From Candidatus Doudnabacteria bacterium (GTDB lineage Bacteria > Patescibacteriota > Doudnabacteria > UBA920 > VMFF01): a DNA stretch of 64,000 bases. This document shows positions 48,859 through 58,433 of this stretch, in pieces. Where the stretch lies: assembly GCA_028286905.1 (NCBI GenBank), contig JAQBQP010000003.1:23317-87316 (forward strand), in the 5' to 3' direction. The position numbers and the translations under genes are program-made. The notes beneath the pieces were generated by a model, which was not told where the DNA came from, did not search any database, and was given only the letters and a program-made list of their open reading frames with translations. Within the stretch, counting starts at the first letter, position 1. Each line of letters starts with the position of its first letter.

Positions 48859-49253
48859 GGTGGAGATGGCGAGAGTTAAACTCGCGTCCAAAAAGAATTC
48901 CCCTAAAAATTGATCACAAGCTTAGCGTCCTTTGATACTTTGAAGCAGCAAGAACGCGAAATAACTTCAAAGTTGGTTTACTGAGTTTCTTCCGGTTACG
49001 GCAAACCAACGTCGCCGGTATATCCTATAAATAAAGTGCGGGATCCACCGCTATAGAAAAACGGAGGGCGCACGTCCCGACCTAAGTTAGGCTAGGACCA
49101 ATGAAGGAGTAGCGAATGCAGTTTGCAACGCTCTCTTCATTGTGGCAAAAGAATTGCCAAATATGAGTTTTTCTCAAGAATGTTACGAGGTTCTGAGAAT
49201 ACTCGGCTTGCGTATTTTCAAGGTTCAGCTCTCTGTCAAAATCCGGCATCCCC
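48858..49253 (-). ncRNA. ssrA: tmRNA
   Basis: 5' GGGGATG...TTTGAC, 3' GTTTAACTCTCGCCATCTCCACCA, G3-U70 alanine identity pair, internal tag ORF ending ...LVLA-stop; 396 nt. Confidence 0.92.
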
Positions 49254-49466
49254 ATGTTCCTGCTTTTGCAGGGATCAACATTATTACATATTTCGGGCTT
49301 AAAATCAAGGCGAACATCTTAAACTCCAGCTACTCTATCCTACCCTCTTTGCATGACTAAAAACTCTTAGGCAAACATCTAAACTTATCCGTGCCTTATA
49401 GATCTTTCGTACAAATTATTTACAAAGTTCCGCTAACCACAGGCTAGGAATTGAGCACAATGCCCA

Positions 49467-50132
49467 ATGTCAAAGCCCAAGCATATGTATAAAATAGATA
49501 TTACCAGTATGAAAAAAACATCTATCACCCAAACCATATCAGTCGTAGCTATATTTGCAGTCATCGCATCCGCAACTTTAATTAATCATGCGCGGGCAGC
49601 AATTATACCTTTTAAGCTTCCAGATTCCTTTCTACAAAATACAAATAAAGAAAACAATCAAAACAGCAACCAGAACAATAACAATCAGAATAACCAAAAT
49701 TCAAATAGTAAAAACAGCTCGAACGATTCTAATAATTCTAACCCTCAAAGTAACAAAAGCTATTCCAGCCCCAAGCCATTGGAGACAGATAATTCCAACA
49801 CTCCAACAACTCCAATCGTTGTAGAAAAAACTGCACCTGCCGCTTCCGTAACAGTTACTCCCACAGACAAGCAAAAAGCTACAAAAAATATTTCTGTTAC
49901 TCCTCCGGCGGCTACCCCTAAAGTAGCTGTGACAGCAGCTCCAGAATTTACCAGCTTACTAGTAGCACCGCCCGCTTCTTCTTATGGCTATTCCGCAAAC
50001 GGCTTAAACCCTTCTGCAAAGAATAAATTATATATGCTCGGTTTGGCGATGGGACTTTCTGGTTTAGCCTTGGCTTTGTACGAAAAAATTACCAGCACCG
50101 TAGCAGCTAACAATTTTAATACTAACTTTTAG
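49467..50132 (+). CDS. Asn/Thr/Pro-rich surface protein with a C-terminal TM
   Basis: Signal peptide, low-complexity N/Q/S and P/T/A regions, C-terminal hydrophobic helix; first gene of the glycan operon. Confidence 0.7.
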   Translation: MSKPKHMYKIDITSMKKTSITQTISVVAIFAVIASATLINHARAAIIPFKLPDSFLQNTNKENNQNSNQNNNNQNNQNSNSKNSSNDSNNSNPQSNKSYSSPKPLETDNSNTPTTPIVVEKTAPAASVTVTPTDKQKATKNISVTPPAATPKVAVTAAPEFTSLLVAPPASSYGYSANGLNPSAKNKLYMLGLAMGLSGLALALYEKITSTVAANNFNTNF

Positions 50133-50135
50133 CAA

Positions 50136-51338
50136 ATGTATCGCAGAATAATTGGAATTAGCTTAATAATTCTGGGGGTGGTTTTAGTTTTGTCTGTAAA
50201 ATACCAAACTAGTTCAAAATTCCAGCAGCCGATTGTTTTCTCTGAAAGGAATATGCTTGAGGGAATTTGGAACACCGACAAAAAAATATTCATCGACCAA
50301 AGTGGCAGAACTGTAGATGCCAGCCGCGGAAATACTAGCACTTCTGAAGGGCAGGCTTATACCCTGCTCCGCGCAGTTTGGTTAGACGACAAAAGCACCT
50401 TTGACCAAAGCTGGACTTGGACCCAAAACAACTTACAGCACAAGCAAAACGATAAACTATTCTCTTGGTATTTTAGCAAGCTTGCAGATGGCAGCTATGG
50501 CGTCGACCCTAAAATTGGCGCGAACAATACTGCTACCGATGGCGACACCGATATAGCGGTAGCACTTATTTTTGCTTACGATCGCTGGGGCGACAAAGCT
50601 TATCTTGACCAAGCGAAACAAATCATTCCAGACATTTGGAAAAATGAAGTAATCGTAATCAAAGGCAAGTCTTATTTACTTGCAAACAATTTAGAAAAAA
50701 CTTCTGACAAGCAAAAATTAATTATAAATCCTTCTTATATTAAACCTTACGCTTATAGAATTTTTGCAAAGTACGACAGCAACGATTGGTTGGGCTTAAC
50801 AAATAATTCCTATCAAACCCTTACGGACGTTTCGGCAATGGATTTGAATGGCATTCGCAGCGATGGCTTGCCTCCAAACTGGGCCACTGTCGATAAAACT
50901 ACAGGGGCGCTTGCAGGGCCAGATCCGCAAAAACAACCAACCCTAAATACCAACTTTAGCTTTGATGCGATGCGAGTACCTTTTAATTTAGCTTTAGACT
51001 GGGCATGGTTTAAGGATGATCAAGCTAAGATTTTATTATCCAAATTTGGATTCTTAAACCAGCAATGGCAGCAGAACCAAGCAATTTATACCGACTACAC
51101 CCGCGACGGACAGATCGCACAGCGCCAAGAAGCTCCTGCTGTTTACGGCGGTACGCTGGGATATTTTATTTCAACTAACCCAGACCAAGCCGCAGCAATT
51201 TATAACACTAAGTTAAAGGTTTTATACTCCCCGGACAAAGATTACTGGAAAGAAGATTTAAATTATTACGATGATAACTGGGCATGGTTTGGCTTAGCCT
51301 TGTATAACAATTTTACAATTAATCTTGATTCGATATGA
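50136..51338 (+). CDS. GH8 endoglucanase (BcsZ-like)
   Basis: TSEGQAY, ATDGD, NPSY, FDAMRVP; N-terminal TM. Confidence 0.9.
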   Translation: MYRRIIGISLIILGVVLVLSVKYQTSSKFQQPIVFSERNMLEGIWNTDKKIFIDQSGRTVDASRGNTSTSEGQAYTLLRAVWLDDKSTFDQSWTWTQNNLQHKQNDKLFSWYFSKLADGSYGVDPKIGANNTATDGDTDIAVALIFAYDRWGDKAYLDQAKQIIPDIWKNEVIVIKGKSYLLANNLEKTSDKQKLIINPSYIKPYAYRIFAKYDSNDWLGLTNNSYQTLTDVSAMDLNGIRSDGLPPNWATVDKTTGALAGPDPQKQPTLNTNFSFDAMRVPFNLALDWAWFKDDQAKILLSKFGFLNQQWQQNQAIYTDYTRDGQIAQRQEAPAVYGGTLGYFISTNPDQAAAIYNTKLKVLYSPDKDYWKEDLNYYDDNWAWFGLALYNNFTINLDSI

Positions 51339-52852
51339 TCAATAATAATTTTTTAATTTCAAAGGCCTCCAAGCCAATTATCGTTTCCACCGCGCTTTTG
51401 GCGTTAACATATTTTATTTCGATTGCATTCTTTTTCCCAAAAGGAAATCCTTTTGTGTTTGCATTGCTGGCGATCACTCAAGCGTTTTATCTTTGGATGA
51501 CTTTGAGTTTTTCTTTTTCAATTTGGAAAACTGAAACCCCTGTTCCGCTTTTTAATAAGCGTTTTGCAAGATCGGTTGATGTCTTTATTACTGTAGCCGG
51601 CGAACCATTAGATATTGTTCGCGAAACAGTTCAAGCTGCAAAAAAGATGAGCTACTTAAACTTCAAAGTTTACATTTTAAATGATGGCTATGTAGCTAAA
51701 AAGGATAATTGGAAAGAAATTATTGAAATGGCGAAGCAAGAAGGAGTAAGCTGCATTACCCGTACCAAGCCCGGCGGCGCAAAAGCTGGAAATATTAACC
51801 ACGCTCTAAGCTTAACTAAAGCGGCCTATGTTGTGATTTTCGATGCCGATCATGTTCCGCACAAAGACTTCTTAAAGAAAACGATGGGCTATTTTGAAGA
51901 TCCAAAAATGGGCTTCGTTCAAACACCGCAATATTATAAAAACTTTAATCGCAACGATATCACCAAAGGCGCTTGGGAACAGCAAGAGTTATTTTTTGGC
52001 GCGATTTGCAAAGGCAAGAATGCCTCGAACGCAGCCTTTATGTGCGGCACGAATATGGTCTTAAACCGCGCGGCATTAACCGCGGCTGGCGGAATGAACG
52101 AAGAAAATATTACTGAAGACTTTGCAACATCAATGAAGATTCATTCTTTAGGCTGGAAGTCTTATTATCATGGCGAGGTTTTGGCCGAGGGGTTAGCGCC
52201 AGAAGATTTTCTTTCTTATTACAAACAGCAGCTGCGCTGGTCTCGCGGCAGCCTAGAAGTTTTGGTGCAAAACAATCCACTGTTTGTTAAAGGATTGAGC
52301 CTGAGACAAAAGCTTCAATATATCGCTTCGGCTAGCTATTACTTATCTGGAATCATGGTGCTAATTAATGCTTTACTGCCATTAATATTTTTCTTTACTG
52401 GTTTAGCGCCATTACACGTTTCAACAATGACTCTGGCAACGGTTTTCATTATCTACATGTTTCTCTCTATATATACGCTTAGCCTCTCGACAAACTTCTC
52501 CTACACTTACACTGCGGTCTCCTTTTCGCTCAGCAGCTTTGCAATCTTTACTCGAGCATTGTTTTCAACGATTACTCGCGGCAAACAAAATTTTTCGATT
52601 ACAAGCAAAACGGCAATTGAAGGGAACTTTTTGAATCTTGTAATTCCAAACATTTTGTACATTGGCGTCACAATTATTGGAGTGGTTTTTGCAATCTCCC
52701 GTTGGGGCCTTACCGATGGAGTTGTCACGAACATCTGTTGGGCTTTATTCCACTGCATCACCTTCTCAGTATTTATATTTGCCGCAATGCCAAAAGGCTT
52801 TCAGCAATTTAATCGCATCAAAAAAATAAACTTAAGAACCATTAAATCCTAG
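51335..52852 (+). CDS. Cellulose-synthase-like processive GT2 lacking PilZ
   Basis: LNDG, AKAGNIN, FDADH, VQTPQ, FMCGT, TED, QQLRW, FSITSK; ends after the last TM. Confidence 0.9.
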   Translation: MINNNFLISKASKPIIVSTALLALTYFISIAFFFPKGNPFVFALLAITQAFYLWMTLSFSFSIWKTETPVPLFNKRFARSVDVFITVAGEPLDIVRETVQAAKKMSYLNFKVYILNDGYVAKKDNWKEIIEMAKQEGVSCITRTKPGGAKAGNINHALSLTKAAYVVIFDADHVPHKDFLKKTMGYFEDPKMGFVQTPQYYKNFNRNDITKGAWEQQELFFGAICKGKNASNAAFMCGTNMVLNRAALTAAGGMNEENITEDFATSMKIHSLGWKSYYHGEVLAEGLAPEDFLSYYKQQLRWSRGSLEVLVQNNPLFVKGLSLRQKLQYIASASYYLSGIMVLINALLPLIFFFTGLAPLHVSTMTLATVFIIYMFLSIYTLSLSTNFSYTYTAVSFSLSSFAIFTRALFSTITRGKQNFSITSKTAIEGNFLNLVIPNILYIGVTIIGVVFAISRWGLTDGVVTNICWALFHCITFSVFIFAAMPKGFQQFNRIKKINLRTIKS

Positions 52853-52854
52853 CC

Positions 52855-54354
52855 ATGGCCAATACTCCTGAAGCAAAATCCAAACAGACTACCCTGTTCG
52901 ATATAATTGTTCTAGCCGTGCTAATGGTAGGCGTAACGCTTCTTTCTGTTTTCTATTTATTGCACCAAAGCTTAAGGCTGGATGAAGCACAAAGTCTTTG
53001 GCAGACCGCGCACACGTTGCCAGTGCTTTTAAAAATTGTTGCAAAAGATGTACACGTGCCTTTATATCACATTATGCTGCATTTTTGGCAGGCGTTCTTC
53101 GGCAACTCAATTTCCGGTGCACGAGTTTTTTCTTTAATCTTTTTTGTTTTAACTATTCCAGCAATATTTGCACTTGGCAAAGAAGCCTTTGGCAGAAAGG
53201 TTGGACTATTTGCAGCAACCTTAACTGCAATCTCGCCTTTCTTAAATTGGTACGGCAGCGAAGCTAGGATGTACAGCCTATTAGTTTTAGTAACAATTTT
53301 AAACCAATGGTTTTTTATTAGAATTATTCGAGCCGGTCGAAAAAGAAATTATTGGGGTTATGCCATTACTGCACTGCTTGGAATATTTTCGCATTACTTC
53401 TTTTTCTTTGCGCTGCTTTCGCAAATTATTTTCTTTTTCATTAATAAAAAAAGCTTCCCGGAAAATGCTTTGAAATACTTTGTACGGATTGGCGCTGGCC
53501 TATTTGTACTTTTTATCCCTTGGTTGGTGTTAGTTTTCCGTTCGGGATTAGCATCACAAACGCAGCCTTTAATTACAAAACCAACTACTTATAATTTATT
53601 TAATACGATAAATTTATTTTTCTTCGGCTTTCAAGGGTCTGATTTAACCAAACTTTTGATTTCACTTTGGCCGATTATTTTTCTGTTCTTAGTTTTAGCT
53701 TTAAGAAAAGACCGCCGCAACGGCGAGCGCAGAAGAATTCCTCCGGTTACCGGTTATTTTTTACTAGCCGGAGTGATGCCAATGATCTTAGTTTTTTTGA
53801 TCAGCTTTGTAAAACCTTCTTACTTAGATCGTTATTTAATTTTTAGCATCCCTTCGGTGTTTATCTTCTTCGGCTGGATTGTCGCAACCTATCCGCCAAA
53901 AATCAAAAACTTTGTTAGCGCAGTATTGATTCTGCTAATGCTCTTTAGTTTAGGCAAAGAAGTAACCAGTGCCGCAACGCCAGTTAAAGAAGATTACCGC
54001 GCTGCAGTGGACTACCTTCAGCAAAAAGCTGGCATTCAAGATGTAATTATTGTATCGGCACCATTTACCGTTTACCCGATTGAATATTATTACCATGGGC
54101 CAACCAGCATCCAAACCATTCCAAATTGGAACAGATACGACACAACCGGCATCCCCGCTTTTTCAGAAGCGGAATTACCGGCAGATGTTGACAAGCTAAA
54201 AAGTCAGTATAGAATTGCTTGGGTTATTTTAAGCTATGACCAAGGCTACAACGAAAATATTCGAACCTACATGGACCAGCACTACCAACGCGTTGATCAA
54301 AAATCTTTTTCACAAAACGTAAATCTTTACGCTTATAAATTAAAGTACAATTAG
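52855..54354 (+). CDS. GT-C fold glycosyltransferase (GT39/GT83, PMT/ArnT-like)
   Basis: SLRLDEAQS, DVHVPLYH, EARMYSL, many TMs, extracytoplasmic C-terminal domain. Confidence 0.8.
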   Translation: MANTPEAKSKQTTLFDIIVLAVLMVGVTLLSVFYLLHQSLRLDEAQSLWQTAHTLPVLLKIVAKDVHVPLYHIMLHFWQAFFGNSISGARVFSLIFFVLTIPAIFALGKEAFGRKVGLFAATLTAISPFLNWYGSEARMYSLLVLVTILNQWFFIRIIRAGRKRNYWGYAITALLGIFSHYFFFFALLSQIIFFFINKKSFPENALKYFVRIGAGLFVLFIPWLVLVFRSGLASQTQPLITKPTTYNLFNTINLFFFGFQGSDLTKLLISLWPIIFLFLVLALRKDRRNGERRRIPPVTGYFLLAGVMPMILVFLISFVKPSYLDRYLIFSIPSVFIFFGWIVATYPPKIKNFVSAVLILLMLFSLGKEVTSAATPVKEDYRAAVDYLQQKAGIQDVIIVSAPFTVYPIEYYYHGPTSIQTIPNWNRYDTTGIPAFSEAELPADVDKLKSQYRIAWVILSYDQGYNENIRTYMDQHYQRVDQKSFSQNVNLYAYKLKYN

Positions 54355-54410
54355 ATCTTTCATTTAAGCTTGGTGACTGTTTTGGATTAAGGCATTATTC
54401 ACGAACTAAA

Positions 54411-55742
54411 TTAATTCGCTCTAACGGCTAAACCCAAGGCATACGCTGGCCAGAATACTCCGGCAGCAGGACCGCCATTGCATTGGCCGTCTGAACCGCC
54501 AGGTCCCTTTACCCACAACAGAGCGTCTACTAAATTATTCCCGGTTGAAGTTGTCGGAGCGCTGCCCAAGGCTCTTCCATTGGGATTACACCATTGAGAA
54601 TCTGACGTTGCACCTAGTCCATTGCGACCAGTATCAATCACAAAATGTTTATTGCCTACCAAAGCCGAAAGCTCAGTGCCATAAGTAATGTTTTGAGCAG
54701 TACTATAAAAATTTGAAATGTTTAAAGAAAAGCCATCTGCCTGCGCAATCCCCGCTTGATTTAGAAGCGCGGCCATTACAGCAGGCGTTTTCCAATTCGG
54801 ATTGCCGGCATCGATATATACAGCAGTTTTAGAGTTTGCTTTTAATGTTTGAACCGCATAATTTATCAGACCGATCCTGGCTTGCTGATCTGCAGATGAC
54901 AAACAATCCATTCCTGGAAGCGCATCCGGTTCAAGTAATACTACTGCGCTGCGATTACCAATGCCTCGAGCAAAATCTGAAATCCAAATTTTGTAAGCAG
55001 TGGAGCTATTAGAACCGCCGGCAGAATAACTACCGCAATCTCTTTGCGGAATATTATAAGCAACCATTACAGGCAACGCTCCTTGGTTTGTAATGTTTGT
55101 AACATTGTTGCTCACGTCTTTGTAAATATCTACATTCCAATTGCCAAACCATTGCGTTTCCGGTTGAGCAGCAATCTTATCCATAAGCGCGGCGTTAGCA
55201 GGGTCGGAATTACGGTTGGCGCTAACCCAATTCTTTGAATCTGAATATGGGTTCACAAATAATTTTGCATTGTTAAAAACACTAGTATTCACTGGCGCCG
55301 GTACAACTGGAGCAGGTGCAACATTTATTTTTGGTGCATTAACGATTATTGTTGATGGCGCTTGGCTAAGAAAACTGCCATCCAGATTTTGTGCTACGAA
55401 ATTCAATTGATAAACTCCATTCGAATTCCAGTACCAATTTGTTAAGTCGATATTTATTTCTTTATGCGGATAACCTTCGTAGTTGCTTGGCATGTAATTG
55501 AGTTTGCCACCGTCGACCTGCCAATACATATTGTACTGATCAACATTCCAACCATTTAACGTTGCTTTAAGTGGCTGAACTCCAGAAACGCTGACATTAT
55601 TTGTTGGCCACCAAATGTTTATACTTGGAGTTTGAGAGCTTGCTTCTACAGTACCGGTCATAAAAAACGATCCGAGCAACGAAGCAATAATTGCGAACAC
55701 TGAAATTTTTCGATAAAGATTTTGCGAGATATTTTTGGTCAT
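54411..55742 (-). CDS. Secreted GH6 cellulase with an N-terminal Trp-rich accessory domain
   Basis: YNIPQRDC, LEPDAL, YIDAG, FVIDTGRNG, WCNP, LWVKGPGGSDG. Confidence 0.9.
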   Translation of the reverse strand: MTKNISQNLYRKISVFAIIASLLGSFFMTGTVEASSQTPSINIWWPTNNVSVSGVQPLKATLNGWNVDQYNMYWQVDGGKLNYMPSNYEGYPHKEINIDLTNWYWNSNGVYQLNFVAQNLDGSFLSQAPSTIIVNAPKINVAPAPVVPAPVNTSVFNNAKLFVNPYSDSKNWVSANRNSDPANAALMDKIAAQPETQWFGNWNVDIYKDVSNNVTNITNQGALPVMVAYNIPQRDCGSYSAGGSNSSTAYKIWISDFARGIGNRSAVVLLEPDALPGMDCLSSADQQARIGLINYAVQTLKANSKTAVYIDAGNPNWKTPAVMAALLNQAGIAQADGFSLNISNFYSTAQNITYGTELSALVGNKHFVIDTGRNGLGATSDSQWCNPNGRALGSAPTTSTGNNLVDALLWVKGPGGSDGQCNGGPAAGVFWPAYALGLAVRAN

Positions 55743-56007
55743 TTAGGCTTTCTAAATTGGTCTATGATCCCATAATATTGGTGGCTTTGATCAAAGTCAA
55801 ATTAAAACTGGGGAGATCTTTTTACAAAATTTTAATGTTCACAACGAACCTTTATCAATTTAAAAAAGCGTTGGATAAAGCACCAAAAAAACATCAAAAA
55901 AAGACTTTGGGCAGAGCGCATTTTTATGCTATCTGCCAAAGCCTATGTGTGATTGTATAAATTTAAGTAATCCACAACTTTTTTATTTTATTAAAAGGTG
56001 AGGGCTT

Positions 56008-56172
56008 TTATTTTACAAACATTCCGGCAATCCGGTGGATGATAATCGCAAGGTACATCTGCACGATCCCATAAAGGCCGTGGTCTCGCCAAGCTTCCAT
56101 TAAAGCTTGGTGGTGTAAAAAAGAAAAGATGATGAATAGGAAAACGATGAATATAATTATTGCTAGAACCAT
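56008..56172 (-). CDS. Small membrane protein, 54 aa
   Basis: MVLAIIIFIVFLFIIFSFLHHQALMEAWRDHGLYGIVQMYLAIIIHRIAGMFVK; below the track cutoff. Confidence 0.55.
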   Translation of the reverse strand: MVLAIIIFIVFLFIIFSFLHHQALMEAWRDHGLYGIVQMYLAIIIHRIAGMFVK

Positions 56173-56290
56173 GATGACTTGTTTTAATTGGCTTTTACTT
56201 AGTAATTATAACACGGATTGAGTTTCTAGGACCGTCCTTCAGCGGCTCTGTGATAGTATTTAGACTAATTCGAAGAAATGCTTAGAGCAG

Positions 56291-56319
56291 TTGACCTTTT
56301 GCGCGATTAAGGCTATAAT
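56291..56319 (+). promoter_or_regulatory. Promoter of infC-rpmI-rplT
   Basis: TTGACC-17-TATAAT. Confidence 0.8.
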
Positions 56320-56339
56320 CTATTTGATCTAAATGAAAT

Positions 56340-56909
56340 ATTGCATTGCAAAAATCAAGAACTAACAATCAAATAAGAGTCCCAGAAGTCAGGGTTATTG
56401 ATGAGACCGGCGCACAGCTTGGAATCATGAAGACCGCTGATGCTTTAGCTCTCGCTCAAGAAAGAGAGCTTGATCTTGTCGAGGTGTCGCCCCAAGCACG
56501 TCCTCCAGTTGTGAAGATTGTTAACTTTGACAAACTTCGTTACCACCAGAAAAAGTTGGAACAACAACAGAAGAAAAAGATCAAGAAAGTTGATGTCAAA
56601 GGAATTCGCCTATCACTGCGTATTTCGGAACATGACTTAAGCATCAAGGCTAAGAAAGCCAATGAGTTTCTAGGCGAAGGGCATAAAGTTAAAGTAGATT
56701 TACTTATGCGCGGTCGCGAACAGGCTCATCCAGAAATGGGATTTGAAGTTGTGAAGAAGTTTTTGACCTTCATCCCCTCTTATATAACGGAATCTCCGCC
56801 AAAGAAACAGGGACCATTTGTATCAACGTTAATTACAAAAGGCGTCGAAGTAAAAGAGCCGAAGCCAGATAACGGCGCAAAAAACAGTGCCACTCCAGAG
56901 AATAAATAA
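56340..56909 (+). CDS. infC: Translation initiation factor IF-3 (probable ATT start)
   Basis: NNQIRVPEVRVID, LDLVEV, RGRE; in-frame ATT at 56340. Confidence 0.95.
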   Translation: MALQKSRTNNQIRVPEVRVIDETGAQLGIMKTADALALAQERELDLVEVSPQARPPVVKIVNFDKLRYHQKKLEQQQKKKIKKVDVKGIRLSLRISEHDLSIKAKKANEFLGEGHKVKVDLLMRGREQAHPEMGFEVVKKFLTFIPSYITESPPKKQGPFVSTLITKGVEVKEPKPDNGAKNSATPENK

Positions 56910-56948
56910 TTTTAATACTAATCGTTTAAATATAAAGAGCAAGACAAC

Positions 56949-57149
56949 ATGCCAAAAATGAAGACCCACAAAGGAGCCTCCAAGCGTTTCAAGAAAACCG
57001 GCTCCGGCAAAATTGTTTACAGAAAATCAGGACAAGATCACTTCAACGCCCGCGAATCTGGAAACACCACTAAGAACAAGCGCAGAGACGTTTCTTTGAA
57101 AAAGAGCAACCCAAGAATTGCAATTTTGATTGCAAGAGCAGCCCGTTAA
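56949..57149 (+). CDS. rpmI: 50S ribosomal protein L35
   Basis: [21 protein letters not shown]. Confidence 0.97.
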   Translation: MPKMKTHKGASKRFKKTGSGKIVYRKSGQDHFNARESGNTTKNKRRDVSLKKSNPRIAILIARAAR

Positions 57150-57230
57150 TCTGCCGCCGCGATGTGGTTTTGCATCACTAATGCGGCGTGCTAATCCATT
57201 AATCAAGTATTCAAGAATAACTAATAACCC

Positions 57231-57578
57231 ATGACAAGAATCAAACGCGGAGTTGCCGCATCTAAAAGAAGAAAGAACGTCCTAAAGCGCGCGAAAGGTT
57301 TTGAAAACCGCCGAAGCACAAACTTCGTTGCCGCTCGAGAAGCGTTATTGCACGCTGACAAATACTCCTACCGCGACCGTCGCAACAAGAAACGCGATAT
57401 GCGCGCAGTATGGTTGATCCGCTTGAACGCAGCTTTGCGCGAAAACGGCACAACATACAGCAAGTTCGCTGGCATATTGAAAAAATCCGGAGTTGGACTG
57501 AACCGCAAGGTTCTATCAGAACTAGCGATCGTTGCACCGGACACGTTCGACGCATTAGTCAAAGAGTTGAGCGTTTAA
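57231..57578 (+). CDS. rplT: 50S ribosomal protein L20
   Basis: MTRIKRG...YRDRRNKKR...W..RLNAA...LNRKVLSELA. Confidence 0.97.
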   Translation: MTRIKRGVAASKRRKNVLKRAKGFENRRSTNFVAAREALLHADKYSYRDRRNKKRDMRAVWLIRLNAALRENGTTYSKFAGILKKSGVGLNRKVLSELAIVAPDTFDALVKELSV

Positions 57579-57645
57579 GGTTCAACCTAAGCATCAACCC
57601 TTATCGACAACCCTGTGGCGCAGGCCTAAGGGAGAATGTGAATAA
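57578..57645 (+). repeat. Copy C, left inverted repeat flanking the RAYT gene
   Basis: AGGTTCAACCT-AAGCATCAACCCT-TATCGACAACCCT-GTGGCGCAGGCCT-AAGGGAGAATGTGAATAA. Confidence 0.9.
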
Positions 57646-57655
57646 CTTTATCTTG

Positions 57656-57680
57656 AAACCCCACTTACGTGGGGTTTTTT
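57656..57680 (+). terminator. Terminator of the infC operon
   Basis: AAACCCCAC-TTAC-GTGGGGTTTTTT. Confidence 0.8.
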
Positions 57681-57736
57681 AATTATTATTTAATTTTCAT
57701 ACTGTATGATTTAGAAAATTAAAAGAAAGGGAAACT

Positions 57737-58339
57737 ATGAATAGGACTAGGGTCAGTGCGCCGGACACGATTTATCATGTATACAATCGTGGTAACAAAA
57801 AAGACATTCTGTATTATGACAACCAAGATTTTAAATATTTTTTAGACGCTCTTGTAAAATACGCCGAGGAAACAGGGTTCACAATTTATTGTTACTGCTT
57901 AATGACTAATCATTTCCATTTTTGTTGCAAACAAAATACTGAAACATCATTAGCAAAGCTAATGTTAAAACTAAATACCAGTTATGCGATGTACTTCAAT
58001 CAGAAATACAAACAAGTTGGACACATTTTTCAAGGCAGGTTCAAAGCAAAAGTTGTCGACAGCGATGCTTACCTCGCCTACCTTTCAATGTACATCCACG
58101 CCAATCCGGTTGATCTGGGAGTCACAACGCTACACGAATATAAATATTCTTCTTACAACGAATACTACGACTGCGAAGAACGAATCTGCGATCACAAACC
58201 GGTTTTAGCGCAATTCAACGATTCATATTTAGAATACTTTGTTTATGGACATAAATTTAAAGAAGACAGATTAAATCATCTCTCTTACAAAAACGGTACT
58301 GAAAATTCTCCTTTTGAAAAACCCTCTGACCAAACTTAG
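57737..58339 (+). mobile_element. REP-associated tyrosine transposase (RAYT; Y1 HUH family)
   Basis: YHVYNRGN, YCLMTNHFHF (HUH), FQGRFK, YIHANP (catalytic Tyr), YKYSSY. Confidence 0.9.
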
Positions 58340-58354
58340 TCAGAGGGTTTTCTC

Positions 58355-58422
58355 TTATCCACTTTATCCCTTAGGCCTGCGCCATAGGGGTGAGGTTAAG
58401 GGTTGATACTTAGGTTGAACCT
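58355..58422 (-). repeat. Copy D, right inverted repeat flanking the RAYT gene
   Basis: Reverse complement AGGTTCAACCT-AAGTATCAACCCT-TAACCTCACCCCT-ATGGCGCAGGCCT-AAGGGATAAAGTGGATAA; 59/68 identical to copy C by manual count. Confidence 0.9.
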
Positions 58423-58433
58423 CGTTGGGAGGG

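Noticed and set aside
48685-49360. ORFs 48685..48879 and 49142..49360
   Set aside because: They are antisense to the tmRNA and its terminator hairpins, with no protein-like features.
49640-49760. AAC/AAT-rich tract as a tandem repeat element
   Set aside because: It is simply the coding sequence of an Asn/Gln/Ser-rich linker.
49400-55830. AGATCTTT..TACAAA shared upstream of the glycan operon and the GH6 gene
   Set aside because: Short, AT-rich and in opposite orientation relative to the two genes; it cannot be distinguished from chance.
17705-58422. Repeat family as a CRISPR array or integron attC sites
   Set aside because: Copies are dispersed, have no spacers, and there are no cas genes or integron integrase; they are tied to a RAYT gene instead.
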